The notes under the pieces were generated by a model. The model saw only the letters and a list, made by a program, of their open reading frames with translations, was not told where the DNA came from and made no database searches. Position numbers and translations under genes: made by a program. A stretch of 57,365 nt of DNA from Bacillota bacterium (lineage in GTDB: Bacteria > Bacillota > Clostridia > Saccharofermentanales > UBA5734), in NCBI GenBank assembly GCA_029548445.1, contig JAKPNJ010000156.1:1-57365 (forward strand), given 5' to 3'. Numbering within the stretch: the stretch's first letter is position 1; the number at the start of each line of letters is the position of its first letter. Shown here piece by piece: positions 34,215 to 43,967 of the stretch.

Positions 34215-36854
34215 ATGCAACTTGACAACCTGACCTGCAACCGGGTGCACCGGCCCCTCGGATATGAACTCGGGCGTCCCGCCCTGGGCTGGACGATCCG
34301 GGATGTGCCGGATGGCGCGACATGCCGCTTCCGGGTTCTTGTGGCCGGGGACGAAGGGTTCCGGAAGATCCTGCACGACAGCGGGTGGTCCGAGACGCTG
34401 GACCGGGTGGCGTATTTCCCCGACATTCCCCTGTCTCCCCGGACCCGCTGCCATTGGCGGGTGGAGGCGGAGGCGGGCGGCCTGCAGGTCTCCGGCGGAC
34501 CCGAGTGGTTCGAGACCGGGCGGATGGACGAGCCCTGGTCGGCCCGCTGGATTTCGCCCCGGCCCGGGTCGGTGTCCGGCCACCCGATTCTCCGGAAGGC
34601 CTTCCGGCTGGATGGGCCCGTCCGCTCCGCCCGGACCTATGTGTGCGGCCTGGGACTCTACGAGATGGACCTCAACGGCCATCGCGCAGGAGACGAATTC
34701 CTCACACCCGGTTGCACCGGGTATGACAAGTGGATCCAGTACCAGACATATGACGTAACCGGGCTGCTTCGCCAGGGCTGGAACGTCCTGTCGGTTCTGC
34801 TGGGAAACGGATGGTACAAGGGACGGTTTTCCTATACGCCGGGGGTGTCGGAGATATATGGCAACCGGTTCGCCCTGCTGTGCGAGACGATCGTCGAACT
34901 GGAAGACGGCCGGGTGGAGCGGATTGCCACCGATGACAGCTGGCAGGCGGCGGAAAGCGTGGTCCTCGACAGCGGCCTCTACGATGGCGAGATCCAGGAT
35001 GCCCGGCGCCGCCGCGACTGGATCCGGGATCCCGGGGCGGACCCCGCCCGGTTTGCCGGCGTCGAGGCGTTGCCGGACCTGCCCCTTCCGGTCGCCCGGC
35101 GGGGCCTGCCGGTCCGGATCATGGAACGCCTTCGTCCCGTTGCGGTTCTCGAGACGCCGGCCGGCGAGCAGGTCCTGGATATGGGACAGAACATGGCAGG
35201 GTGGGTCGAATTTCTCTGCGATGCGGAGGAAGGGCGGGAGATCCGCCTCCAGTATGGGGAGGTGCTCCAGGACGGCTGCTTCTTCAGGGAGAACCTGCGG
35301 ACCGCCCGGGCCGAATTCCGATATGTGGCCGACGGCACCCACGCCTGGGTCCGGCCCCACTTCACCTATTACGGCTTCCGGTATGTGAAGGTCGAGGGAT
35401 GGAACGGGAAGCCGGATCCCGAACGATTCACCGGGTGTGTCGTCCATTCCGGCCTGGTGCGGACCGGGTGGATCGAAACGTCGGACCCCCGGGTCAACCA
35501 GCTGTTCCAAAATGTCCTGTGGGGACAAAAGGGCAACTTCGTCGACATTCCCACCGACTGTCCCCAACGGGACGAACGGCTGGGATGGACCGGGGACGCC
35601 CAGGTGTTCTCCGGTACCGCCTGTTTCAACATGGACTGCGAGGCATTCTTCCGGAAGTTCCTCCATGACCTGCTGCTGGAACAGCGGAGCCGGGATGGCG
35701 GCGTGCCGCCCTTCGTCCCTTCGTTCCGGGGTGACGGCCGGCCTCCCCTGGAATTCTTCACCCCCCCCGGCGCCTGCGCATGGGGCGATGCGGCCACCAT
35801 CCTTCCCTGGACCCTGTATCTCCATTACGGCAATACGGAAACCCTGTCCGCCTGCTATGAAGGGATGAAGGCCTGGGTGGACGCCGTGGCCCGAACCGAC
35901 CGCGGCAGCCGGCTTTGGGACAGCGGATTCCATTTCGGGGACTGGCTGGCCCTGGACGGCCCGGACCCGGCCAGTCCCCTGGGAGGGACCTCCCCGGTCC
36001 TCCTGGCTTCCGCCTATTATTCCCATTCGGCGCGCCTTGTCTCGAAGGCCGCCTGGGTTCTCGGACGGACGGAGGACGCCGAGCGATACGAAAGCCTGGC
36101 CGGGGAGATCCGGCAGGCCGTCCGCGAGGCCTTTCTTCCTCCCGGCCGCATGCCATCGGCCGATACCCAGACGGCGCTGGTCGTCTTCCTGAAAATGGAC
36201 CTCGCGCCGGAGGACATGAAACCGCTCATCGCCCGGCGACTGGACGACAGGATCCGGGAAAACGGGTTCCGGCTCCAGACCGGGTTCATCGGGACGCCTT
36301 CCCTCTGCATGGTCCTGTCGGAATACGGGTACAACGAAACCGCGTACCGGCTCCTGCTGCAGGAAGGGTATCCCGGTTGGCTGTATGCCGTCCGGCTGGG
36401 CGCCACCACCGTCTGGGAGAGGTGGAATTCCCTACTTCCCGACGGCACCCTGAGCGATCTCCGGATGAACTCCCTGAACCACTACGCGTATGGATCGGTC
36501 GTGGAGTGGATGTATCGCCATATGTGCGGCATCCAGCCGGTTGAGAGCCATCCGGGATTCCGGCGCATCCGGCTCGCCCCCAAGCCGAACCGCTCCCTGG
36601 CATGGGCCAGGGCTGTCCATGATGCCCCATCGGGACGGATCGAATCCGAATGGCGCTATCCTGAAGGCGGCGGCATTGAATATCGATTCGCCATCCCGTA
36701 CGGCGTCGTGGCGGATGTCCGCCTGGGCGCATCCCGGCCGGAGGGGGTCCTCGTCAATGGGGAATCGGTCTCCCGGTATCGGATCCTCCCCCTGGAGGAC
36801 GGCGGGTTGGCGTTCGAATTGCCAGGCGGCATCTATCAGATTACCGCAGAGTGA
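34215..36854 (+). CDS. GH78 alpha-L-rhamnosidase (second copy, divergent from 15878..18499)
   Basis: 879 aa. NRVHRPLGYELGRPALGWT N-domain and the canonical IPTDCPQRDERLGWTGDAQVF motif. SD AAGGAGAGAGG upstream. Confidence 0.9.
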   Translation: MQLDNLTCNRVHRPLGYELGRPALGWTIRDVPDGATCRFRVLVAGDEGFRKILHDSGWSETLDRVAYFPDIPLSPRTRCHWRVEAEAGGLQVSGGPEWFETGRMDEPWSARWISPRPGSVSGHPILRKAFRLDGPVRSARTYVCGLGLYEMDLNGHRAGDEFLTPGCTGYDKWIQYQTYDVTGLLRQGWNVLSVLLGNGWYKGRFSYTPGVSEIYGNRFALLCETIVELEDGRVERIATDDSWQAAESVVLDSGLYDGEIQDARRRRDWIRDPGADPARFAGVEALPDLPLPVARRGLPVRIMERLRPVAVLETPAGEQVLDMGQNMAGWVEFLCDAEEGREIRLQYGEVLQDGCFFRENLRTARAEFRYVADGTHAWVRPHFTYYGFRYVKVEGWNGKPDPERFTGCVVHSGLVRTGWIETSDPRVNQLFQNVLWGQKGNFVDIPTDCPQRDERLGWTGDAQVFSGTACFNMDCEAFFRKFLHDLLLEQRSRDGGVPPFVPSFRGDGRPPLEFFTPPGACAWGDAATILPWTLYLHYGNTETLSACYEGMKAWVDAVARTDRGSRLWDSGFHFGDWLALDGPDPASPLGGTSPVLLASAYYSHSARLVSKAAWVLGRTEDAERYESLAGEIRQAVREAFLPPGRMPSADTQTALVVFLKMDLAPEDMKPLIARRLDDRIRENGFRLQTGFIGTPSLCMVLSEYGYNETAYRLLLQEGYPGWLYAVRLGATTVWERWNSLLPDGTLSDLRMNSLNHYAYGSVVEWMYRHMCGIQPVESHPGFRRIRLAPKPNRSLAWARAVHDAPSGRIESEWRYPEGGGIEYRFAIPYGVVADVRLGASRPEGVLVNGESVSRYRILPLEDGGLAFELPGGIYQITAE

Positions 36855-36987
36855 GGCGGATTCGTCCATGTCGGTTGTGCAATCATCCTATCTGCCATGG
36901 AGGGAGGGATGCTATCATGCACCTGTCAGGCGAAAGCGGTTCCGTCCTGGCGCCCGTTCGTCCCACAGATCGAAAGGGGGATTCCCA

Positions 36988-38442
36988 ATGAAGTTGAGAA
37001 AGCTCGCCGCCCTGGTCCTGTGCCTTCTCCTCACCCTGTCGGCTGCCTCCTGCGGCGGCACGGCCCCGACCCCGACCCCCACAGTCCCGCCGTCGCCCAC
37101 GGACGCCCCAACACCTACGGAGATTCCCTTCGACCTGACCCCCGAGAGCAAGAAGATTACGGTCTGGATCAATGACAGCAAGCCGGACAACGTGATCGTG
37201 CAGTCCTTCCTGCAAACCTATCCGGAGTATGAGGTGGATTTCTCGGTCAGCGCGACGAACCCGTTCGGGAGCCTGGACAAGACCCTGGATCTTCCGCGGC
37301 TGGCCGCCGCCATCGCGTCGGGGACCCAGCCGGACCTGTTCCTGGGCTACATGTCGACCACCCAGGCGTACTATACGGACATGTTCGCCCCCCTGGACAT
37401 CTACCTGGAAAACGACCCGGATTACTCTTACGACCAGTGCGACGAGTTTACGTTCTCCGGCTGTACCTTCGGCGACAGTGTCTATTTCCTGCCGTACGCC
37501 CTGACGACCCGGATCCTCGTGTGGAACAAGGAGATGTTCGACCAGGCCGGGCTGGACCCGGAGACGCCGCCCACAACCTGGTCCGAGATGGAGGAATTTT
37601 CAAAGAAGCTCTGCACCTACCATCCCTCCGGGAAGCCGAAGACCATCGGCATGCAGCCGGTCTCCCTGCTGGGACACATTCTCGGGTTCCAGCTGGCGGC
37701 CAATCTCCCGGATATCACGAACCAGACGGGGACCACCCTGGACTTCAACAACGACAATGTCCGGAAGATCATGGAATTCGCCCGGGCGATCCCGGAGCCC
37801 TTCGGCGGCATGAAGGTGCTCCCCAAGGAGATCTCCTTCCTCAACGGAACGGCGGGGATGTCCACCTTCTCGGCGGACGGCATCGTGCTCCTGCCGGTCT
37901 GGACGAATTTCCGCTTCGGCCTGGCGCCGCTCCCCCTGCCGGATGACGCCACCGAGTATCGTTCCCAGTTCATGGTCGACAACCTGCTGGGCATCCCGAA
38001 GAATGCAAAGAACCCGAAGGGCGGCTGGCTGTTCGGCAAGTTCATGATGACCGAATCGAAGTACGACGATGCCATGAACTGGTACCAGATGAAGCCCGAG
38101 AACTGCATCCTGACCTACATCACCCACAAGCCCACCCGGGAACGGATGTATGAATATTTTGCCGACATCCTGACGGAGGATTCCTGGAACCTGATCAACG
38201 AGCGGGACCGGATCATGCAGCTGCCTGCCGTCAACATGAACTACCTGGCCGTCCAGGCGGAGTTCGAAAAATATCTCCAGCCGGAGCTCGACAAGATGCT
38301 CAGGAAGGAGATCAGCCCCCAGGATTTCCTGATCAACGCCCAGGCCTATGGGGATTCGCTGCTGGAGGAGTTCATCGAACGGAAGACCGCGGAAGGCTGG
38401 ACCTTCGGCGAGGACGGCAGCGCAACACCTCCCGGTACCTGA
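36988..38442 (+). CDS. ABC sugar-binding lipoprotein (paralogue 1)
   Basis: 484 aa. MKLRKLAALVLCLLLTLSAASCGG lipobox, a Pro/Thr linker, then the family-1 solute-binding pattern. Confidence 0.85.
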   Translation: MKLRKLAALVLCLLLTLSAASCGGTAPTPTPTVPPSPTDAPTPTEIPFDLTPESKKITVWINDSKPDNVIVQSFLQTYPEYEVDFSVSATNPFGSLDKTLDLPRLAAAIASGTQPDLFLGYMSTTQAYYTDMFAPLDIYLENDPDYSYDQCDEFTFSGCTFGDSVYFLPYALTTRILVWNKEMFDQAGLDPETPPTTWSEMEEFSKKLCTYHPSGKPKTIGMQPVSLLGHILGFQLAANLPDITNQTGTTLDFNNDNVRKIMEFARAIPEPFGGMKVLPKEISFLNGTAGMSTFSADGIVLLPVWTNFRFGLAPLPLPDDATEYRSQFMVDNLLGIPKNAKNPKGGWLFGKFMMTESKYDDAMNWYQMKPENCILTYITHKPTRERMYEYFADILTEDSWNLINERDRIMQLPAVNMNYLAVQAEFEKYLQPELDKMLRKEISPQDFLINAQAYGDSLLEEFIERKTAEGWTFGEDGSATPPGT

Positions 38443-38476
38443 TCCGTCCGCAGGCCTGGACGGACCCCCCGGGCCC

Positions 38477-38514
38477 CTGCCCCCCGGAGAGAAGTATCCG
38501 GGGGGCAGCTTTTC
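38477..38514 (+). terminator. Rho-independent terminator-like hairpin between the two binding-protein genes
   Basis: CTGCCCCCCGG - agagaagtat - CCGGGGGGCAG followed by CTTTTCC. Confidence 0.5.
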
Positions 38515-38562
38515 CTCCGGTTCGTCCGCAACCCGCCCAACTGTGCGCAAGGAGGATTCCCT

Positions 38563-40005
38563 ATGAACTTGCGAAAGCTCGCCGCCTTGTGCCTGAGCCT
38601 TCTCCTTGCCCTGTCGGCGGCCGCCTGCGGCGGCACGGCCCCGACCCCGACCCCCACGGTCCCGCCGACGCCCACGGATGCCCCGACGCCCACGGAGATT
38701 CCCTTCGACCTGACCCCCGAGAGCAAGAAGATTACAGTCTGGATCATGGACAGCAAGCCGGACAATGTCATCGTGCAGTCCTTCCTCCAGGCGTATCCGG
38801 ACTACGAGGTGGACTTCTCGGTCAGTTCGACGAATCCGTTCGGCAATCCGGACAAGACCCTGGATCTTCCGCGACTGGCCGCCGCCATTGCGTCGGGGAC
38901 CCAGCCGGACCTGTTCCTGGGCTACATGACGACCACCCAGGCGTACTATACGGATATGTTCGCCCCCTTGGACATCTACCTGGAGAACGACCCGGATTAC
39001 TCCTACGAACAGTGCGACGACTTCACGTTTTCCGGCTGCACCTTCGGCGACAGCGTCTACTTCCTGCCGTACGCCCTGGCGACCCGAATCCTGGTGTGGA
39101 ACAAGGAGCTGTTCGACCAGGCCGGGCTGGACCCGGAGACGCCGCCGAAGACCTGGTCCGAGCTGGAAGAGTTCTCGAAGAAGCTCTGCACCTACCATCC
39201 CTCCGGGAAGCCGAAGACCATCGGCATGACGCCCGGCCACATCAACGGTTTCCTGCTGGCGGCCGGATATCCCGACATCACGAACCGGGCGGGAACCACC
39301 CTGGACTTCAACAACGACAATGTCCGGTCCCTGATGGAATGGGTCCGGGCGATCCCGGAGCCCTTCGGCGGCATGAAGGTGTTGCCCCAGGAGATCTCCT
39401 TCCTCAAGGGCACGGCGGGAATGTCCACCTTCTCGGCGGACGGCATCGTGCTCCTGCCGGTCTGGACAAATTTCCGCTTCGGCCTGGCGCCGCTCCCCCT
39501 TCCGGATGGCAAGACCGAGTACCGGACGCCCTTTACGGTCGACAACCTGCTGGGCATCCCGAAGAAGGCGAAAAATCCGAAGGGCGGCTGGCTGTTCGGC
39601 AAGTTCATGATGACCGAGGCGAAGTACGACGACGCCATGAACTGGTACCAGATGAAACCCGAGAACTGCGTCCTGACCTACATCACCCACAAGCCCACCC
39701 GGGAACGCCTGTACGAGTACTTCGCCGATATCCTGACGGAGGATTCCTGGAACCTGGTCAACGAGCGGGACCGGATCATGCAGCTGCCGTTTGTCTCAGC
39801 GAGTTCCCTGGCCGTCCAGGCGGAATTTGACAAGTATCTCCAGCCGGAGCTCGAGAAGATGCTCAGGAAGGAGATCAACCCCCAGGACTTCCTGATCAAC
39901 GCCCAGGCCTACGGGGAATCGCTCCTGGAGGAGTTCATCGAACGCAAGGCCGCGGAAGGCTGGACCTTCGGCGAGGATGGCAGCGCAACACCTCCCGGTG
40001 CCTGA
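38563..40005 (+). CDS. ABC sugar-binding lipoprotein (paralogue 2, tandem duplicate)
   Basis: 480 aa. SD AAGGAGG before ATG 38563. MNLRKLAALCLSLLLALSAAACGG lipobox. Near-identical to 36988..38442 over most of its length. Confidence 0.85.
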   Translation: MNLRKLAALCLSLLLALSAAACGGTAPTPTPTVPPTPTDAPTPTEIPFDLTPESKKITVWIMDSKPDNVIVQSFLQAYPDYEVDFSVSSTNPFGNPDKTLDLPRLAAAIASGTQPDLFLGYMTTTQAYYTDMFAPLDIYLENDPDYSYEQCDDFTFSGCTFGDSVYFLPYALATRILVWNKELFDQAGLDPETPPKTWSELEEFSKKLCTYHPSGKPKTIGMTPGHINGFLLAAGYPDITNRAGTTLDFNNDNVRSLMEWVRAIPEPFGGMKVLPQEISFLKGTAGMSTFSADGIVLLPVWTNFRFGLAPLPLPDGKTEYRTPFTVDNLLGIPKKAKNPKGGWLFGKFMMTEAKYDDAMNWYQMKPENCVLTYITHKPTRERLYEYFADILTEDSWNLVNERDRIMQLPFVSASSLAVQAEFDKYLQPELEKMLRKEINPQDFLINAQAYGESLLEEFIERKAAEGWTFGEDGSATPPGA

Positions 40006-40026
40006 TCCGCGGGCAAAGGAGACCGT

Positions 40027-42036
40027 ATGCCCAACCAGCGCCGTTCGGACGGACAAATGGTTCCCTCTCCTGTTTCCCGGCCAGGAGTCGCCAGGGAACG
40101 GGCCTCGCCGGGGATCCTCCTGGCGGCTTGCCTCCTGGCAGCCGGCCTCCTGTCTGTCGGATGCATGGGGACCACGCCCGCACCGACTGGCCCGACGCCT
40201 GTTGTGACGCCTGACCCGACCGGCCCCCTGGATGCATTTCCCCGGGTGGACGGTCCGGTCATGGCGGTATTCCATGTATCGTCCGCGGGAGACGATTCGG
40301 GGGACGGGACCGCAGCCCGGCCGTTTCGAACGCTTCACCAGGCGAGAGACGCCGTCCGCGCCATCAACGGGAGCATGACCGGACACATCCTGGTGTGCAT
40401 CGGGGCCGGGGAGATGGCGCTGTCCGAGCCCTTCCGACTGGACCATCGGGATGGCGGAACCAACGGATACCGGGTCTTCTACCAGGGCGTCCGGTCCATG
40501 GAGACTGTCCTGTCGGGAGGACGAAAAATCGAGGGAACCTGGGAACAGGTGGCCGGATCCGTCCCGGACCTGTGGCGGATCCGACTGCCGGGATCCGCAG
40601 CCTTTCGCCAGCTGTACGCAGGCGGGAGCCGCCAGGTCCGCGCCCGGAGTGTTCTCCCCGGGCAATGGCATCGGCTGGATACCTGGTACAACCCCCTTGC
40701 ATCGGCCATGATCGACGGCCAGCCGTCCGGCCCCGTCGACAGGCTGCCGGGAGTGGCTTCGGCACATGACGCGGGAATCCTGGTCCAATGGGACAACATG
40801 GGCCCCTGCGACATCACGGCGCTCTCCTCCGTCGGAGACGTGGAGTTCGTCCTGCACCACGACTGGGTTGTCACGCGGATCGGCGTCGAGGCCATTCTGT
40901 CGGCGGACGACCGCCGCCTTCTCATCGCCTTCCATCCGTTGCAGGGGAAGTGGCTGATGGAGCGGGACTGGCCGCCCAAGCGAACGAACCAGCCCTTCTA
41001 CCTGGAAAACGCCCTGGAATTCCTGGACGAGCCCGGCGAATGGTTCTTCGACAAGACCAGTGAACACCTGTACTACCGGCCGCTATCGGGACAGGCGCCG
41101 GAAGCCGCCGGTCTCGTGATGCCCCAGGGTCCGGCGACCCTGCTGGAAATCGTCGGGAGTTCCTTTATCCGCCAGGTCCAGGCCATGACGGTCCGGAACA
41201 TCCGGTTCGAATACACGAACTGGGCTCGTCCCAACGACGACGGATTTCTCGACGGCCAGGCGAACAATTTCCAGGACATCCACGGCGGGGTCAATGTTCA
41301 TGGGCACCCGCCCCCGGCGCTGCGGATCGAAACATCCCGGGACCTGGTGATTGAGGACTGCCATTTCCAGCACCTGGCGGGAAGCGCCATCGAAGTCGGA
41401 ACCCTCGGCTCGGAGATTACGATCCGGGGAAACCGGATCCAGGATGCCAGCGGCATCGGGGTGGTCGCCGGCACCATCCTGCATCCATCCCAGGTGTCCC
41501 GGATCCGGATCGAGGACAACTTCCTCTCCCGGATCGGCGCCGAGTATGCCGGGGCCCCCGCCATCTTCGTTCCCTATGCCACAGGGGTCACCATTGAGCA
41601 CAACGAGATCGCCCATGTCCCCTATACGGGCATCAGCGTGGGGTGGGGATGGACCTATGAGCCGTCCGTCTATCAAGACAACCTCATCCGGGCCAATCAT
41701 ATCCATCATGTCATGGAGATGCTCGGGGACGGAGGCGGCATTTACATCCTGTCCAGGGCCGACGGGTGCGTCATAGAAGAAAACTACATCCACGATATTG
41801 TCCGGTCCCCCTGGAACCCCTCCTGGGGGGCGCTCCACCTGCCGGCCCATGCCATCTATCTTGACAATGGCGCGAGTTATGTGACGGTCCGGCACAACGT
41901 GGCGGAGAACCTCCAGTTTGGGGAGGCGGACCGCCTGCTGGACAAGGACCGGGACCAGTATGGGACAAACCGGACCGAAACCGCCTTCGACGGAAGCGAG
42001 ACGGTTCGACAGGCGGCCGGCCTGCTGCCGGGGTGA
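40027..42036 (+). CDS. right-handed parallel beta-helix lipoprotein (candidate extracellular polysaccharide lyase/hydrolase)
   Basis: 669 aa. Lipobox LLSVGC plus a Pro/Thr linker. FHVSSAGDDSGDGTAARPFRTLHQARDAV is the typical N-terminal cap of pectate-lyase-fold proteins. LDEPGEWFFDKTSEHLYYRP. Repeated I.I..N.I coils (ITIRGNRIQDASGIGV, IRIEDNFLSRIG, VTIEHNEIAHVPYTGISVGWGW, CVIEENYIHDI). Confidence 0.7.
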   Translation: MPNQRRSDGQMVPSPVSRPGVARERASPGILLAACLLAAGLLSVGCMGTTPAPTGPTPVVTPDPTGPLDAFPRVDGPVMAVFHVSSAGDDSGDGTAARPFRTLHQARDAVRAINGSMTGHILVCIGAGEMALSEPFRLDHRDGGTNGYRVFYQGVRSMETVLSGGRKIEGTWEQVAGSVPDLWRIRLPGSAAFRQLYAGGSRQVRARSVLPGQWHRLDTWYNPLASAMIDGQPSGPVDRLPGVASAHDAGILVQWDNMGPCDITALSSVGDVEFVLHHDWVVTRIGVEAILSADDRRLLIAFHPLQGKWLMERDWPPKRTNQPFYLENALEFLDEPGEWFFDKTSEHLYYRPLSGQAPEAAGLVMPQGPATLLEIVGSSFIRQVQAMTVRNIRFEYTNWARPNDDGFLDGQANNFQDIHGGVNVHGHPPPALRIETSRDLVIEDCHFQHLAGSAIEVGTLGSEITIRGNRIQDASGIGVVAGTILHPSQVSRIRIEDNFLSRIGAEYAGAPAIFVPYATGVTIEHNEIAHVPYTGISVGWGWTYEPSVYQDNLIRANHIHHVMEMLGDGGGIYILSRADGCVIEENYIHDIVRSPWNPSWGALHLPAHAIYLDNGASYVTVRHNVAENLQFGEADRLLDKDRDQYGTNRTETAFDGSETVRQAAGLLPG

Positions 42037-42059
42037 GGGGCCAAGATAGGAGATCGACA

Positions 42060-43967
42060 ATGAGAACCTGGATCCGGGATCGGGAAGACGACGGCAGCGT
42101 GCATGCGATCGGCAACGGGGAGATGCTTGTGTACGGGCAGGGCATCGACATCATGCACGTCTTCGGCCCGCCGTACAGCGCCCCGTCCTTCTTCCGCCTG
42201 GATCTCCGGCGGGAGGACGACATGACCGCCATCACGTCGGAACGGGAGCGACACACGGCCATCTGGACCCACCGGGTCCATGCCGACGACCGGGTCCTGG
42301 CCTCCGTGACGGACTTCATGATGCCCGACCGAAACCTCTTTTGTCGGGAGATCGAAACGGAGGGCACCCTCCGGTTTCGGCTCGCGCCCGGTTCCGAGGT
42401 GAATGCCTTTCTCCGCAAGGGGTACGGGACCTCTTCCGGGAAGGCCGTCGACATGCTCCACCTGTCCATCCCCAAGGGATCGACCTTTTTCTTCCGCAAT
42501 CCGGTTCCGGAGGAAACCAGCCTGCTGGCGGCCGTCGTTGGCGATGCCGTCCTGGCGGCCGACCCCGATGGAACCCTCCGCCTGGACTGCCTTCCCGGCA
42601 GGACCCGGATGTTTTTCTGCGGACATGGTGCCCATCCCGAGGCCGTCCGCCTGCTCGAGGACACCCTGTCGAACCCGGAGGAGGATCGGATCGGCCCCTG
42701 CCGGCGCTTCTGGCAGGCCTTCAGCCGACGCCGGCATGACTTCGCCTCCATGATCCCGGAGGGCCATCCCCTGGGCGCCCGGATGCAAGACGCCATCGAC
42801 AGCGTCTCCGTCCTGATGAAGTGCCAGCAATCGACCTCCGGCGGGGTTGCCGCGGGCCACTTCTACAATATGGCCTATGTCCGGGACATGTCGGGGGTCC
42901 TCCGGGGATTCCTGGCCCTCGGATACCTGCCGGAGGCCCGGGCGATCCTGGAATTCTGGATTCGGAAACACGCGGCTTTCGGCAACCTCAGCAATGCGGA
43001 AGGCATGGGCAACGACAGCGCCCGGCTGGTCTTTACGAATGACGAGGTGGAGGGCCCCGCCTACCTGGTCCTGTTGGTGTTCCATTATTACGAGAGGACC
43101 CGGGACCTGGACCTTGTCCGGAGGGCCTTCCCCATGATGGCCTGGGCCTTCGAGATCCAGCTGGGCCACCTGGCGGCCGGCATGACCGAATTCAGCGGTG
43201 ACGAGACCTATATCGCCGGCGGAGCGCTGACGGGCGCCTGCATGTACCAGGGGTCCGCCGAATCCACCCTCCTGTTCATCGAGAGCGGCCGGAGGCTGCT
43301 GCAGTGGGCGGAGGCACAGGCCCAGTGGGATCCGGCAAAAATCGGGCGGTACAGGCAGGTTGTCGCGGATGCGGAAAGCCGATACAGGCACAATTTTGTG
43401 GCCGACGGCCGGCTCCTGGCCAACAATCCGCTCCGGGAGCAGGTTGCGGGAGCGCCTCGTTTCCGGTTTTCCTTCTGCATGGCCCACGAGCCCGGCCAGC
43501 CGACGCCGCCCATGACCTGGACGGAGCGGAGGCCGGATGGCAGCTATGTGTGCGCGGACTGCGCGGGGAAAGCGTCACGGGCCCCGGCCGCGCCCGCGGC
43601 GGGCGTCGTCCTGAATTCGGTCAGCTTCATGCCGGCGTTTGTCGGCTGCAGCTTTCTATCCAGGGATGAGATGGCTGGCTTCATTGAGCCGGGGGTACAG
43701 GCGTTCCTGGAGACAGGCCGTATGCCTTCCTGCCTGTCCGGCCGCCGGTCCCTTGGATACGATTACGGACTTCTGCTGCACAACCTGGTCTTTTTCGGCC
43801 ATCCGGCCAGGGAGAAGGCCGTGGTGGCCATGCTGGACCTTCTCGATCCGACGGGCTCCTGGGTCGAGTACTATGACGGGGACAAACCCTTCAACTGTCG
43901 GTGCAGGCCCTGGGAGAGCGGGATCAACATCGAGGCCCTGGCGGGGTATATAAGGAGCCTGTCATGA
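42060..43967 (+). CDS. uncharacterised (alpha/alpha)6 six-hairpin glycosidase-like protein
   Basis: About 635 aa. SD AGGAG 7 nt before ATG 42060. GHFYNMAYVRDMSGVLRGFLALGY resembles the Y..W.RD helix motif of GH15-type six-hairpin enzymes. No signal peptide. The stop overlaps the sulfatase start. Confidence 0.5.
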   Translation: MRTWIRDREDDGSVHAIGNGEMLVYGQGIDIMHVFGPPYSAPSFFRLDLRREDDMTAITSERERHTAIWTHRVHADDRVLASVTDFMMPDRNLFCREIETEGTLRFRLAPGSEVNAFLRKGYGTSSGKAVDMLHLSIPKGSTFFFRNPVPEETSLLAAVVGDAVLAADPDGTLRLDCLPGRTRMFFCGHGAHPEAVRLLEDTLSNPEEDRIGPCRRFWQAFSRRRHDFASMIPEGHPLGARMQDAIDSVSVLMKCQQSTSGGVAAGHFYNMAYVRDMSGVLRGFLALGYLPEARAILEFWIRKHAAFGNLSNAEGMGNDSARLVFTNDEVEGPAYLVLLVFHYYERTRDLDLVRRAFPMMAWAFEIQLGHLAAGMTEFSGDETYIAGGALTGACMYQGSAESTLLFIESGRRLLQWAEAQAQWDPAKIGRYRQVVADAESRYRHNFVADGRLLANNPLREQVAGAPRFRFSFCMAHEPGQPTPPMTWTERRPDGSYVCADCAGKASRAPAAPAAGVVLNSVSFMPAFVGCSFLSRDEMAGFIEPGVQAFLETGRMPSCLSGRRSLGYDYGLLLHNLVFFGHPAREKAVVAMLDLLDPTGSWVEYYDGDKPFNCRCRPWESGINIEALAGYIRSLS

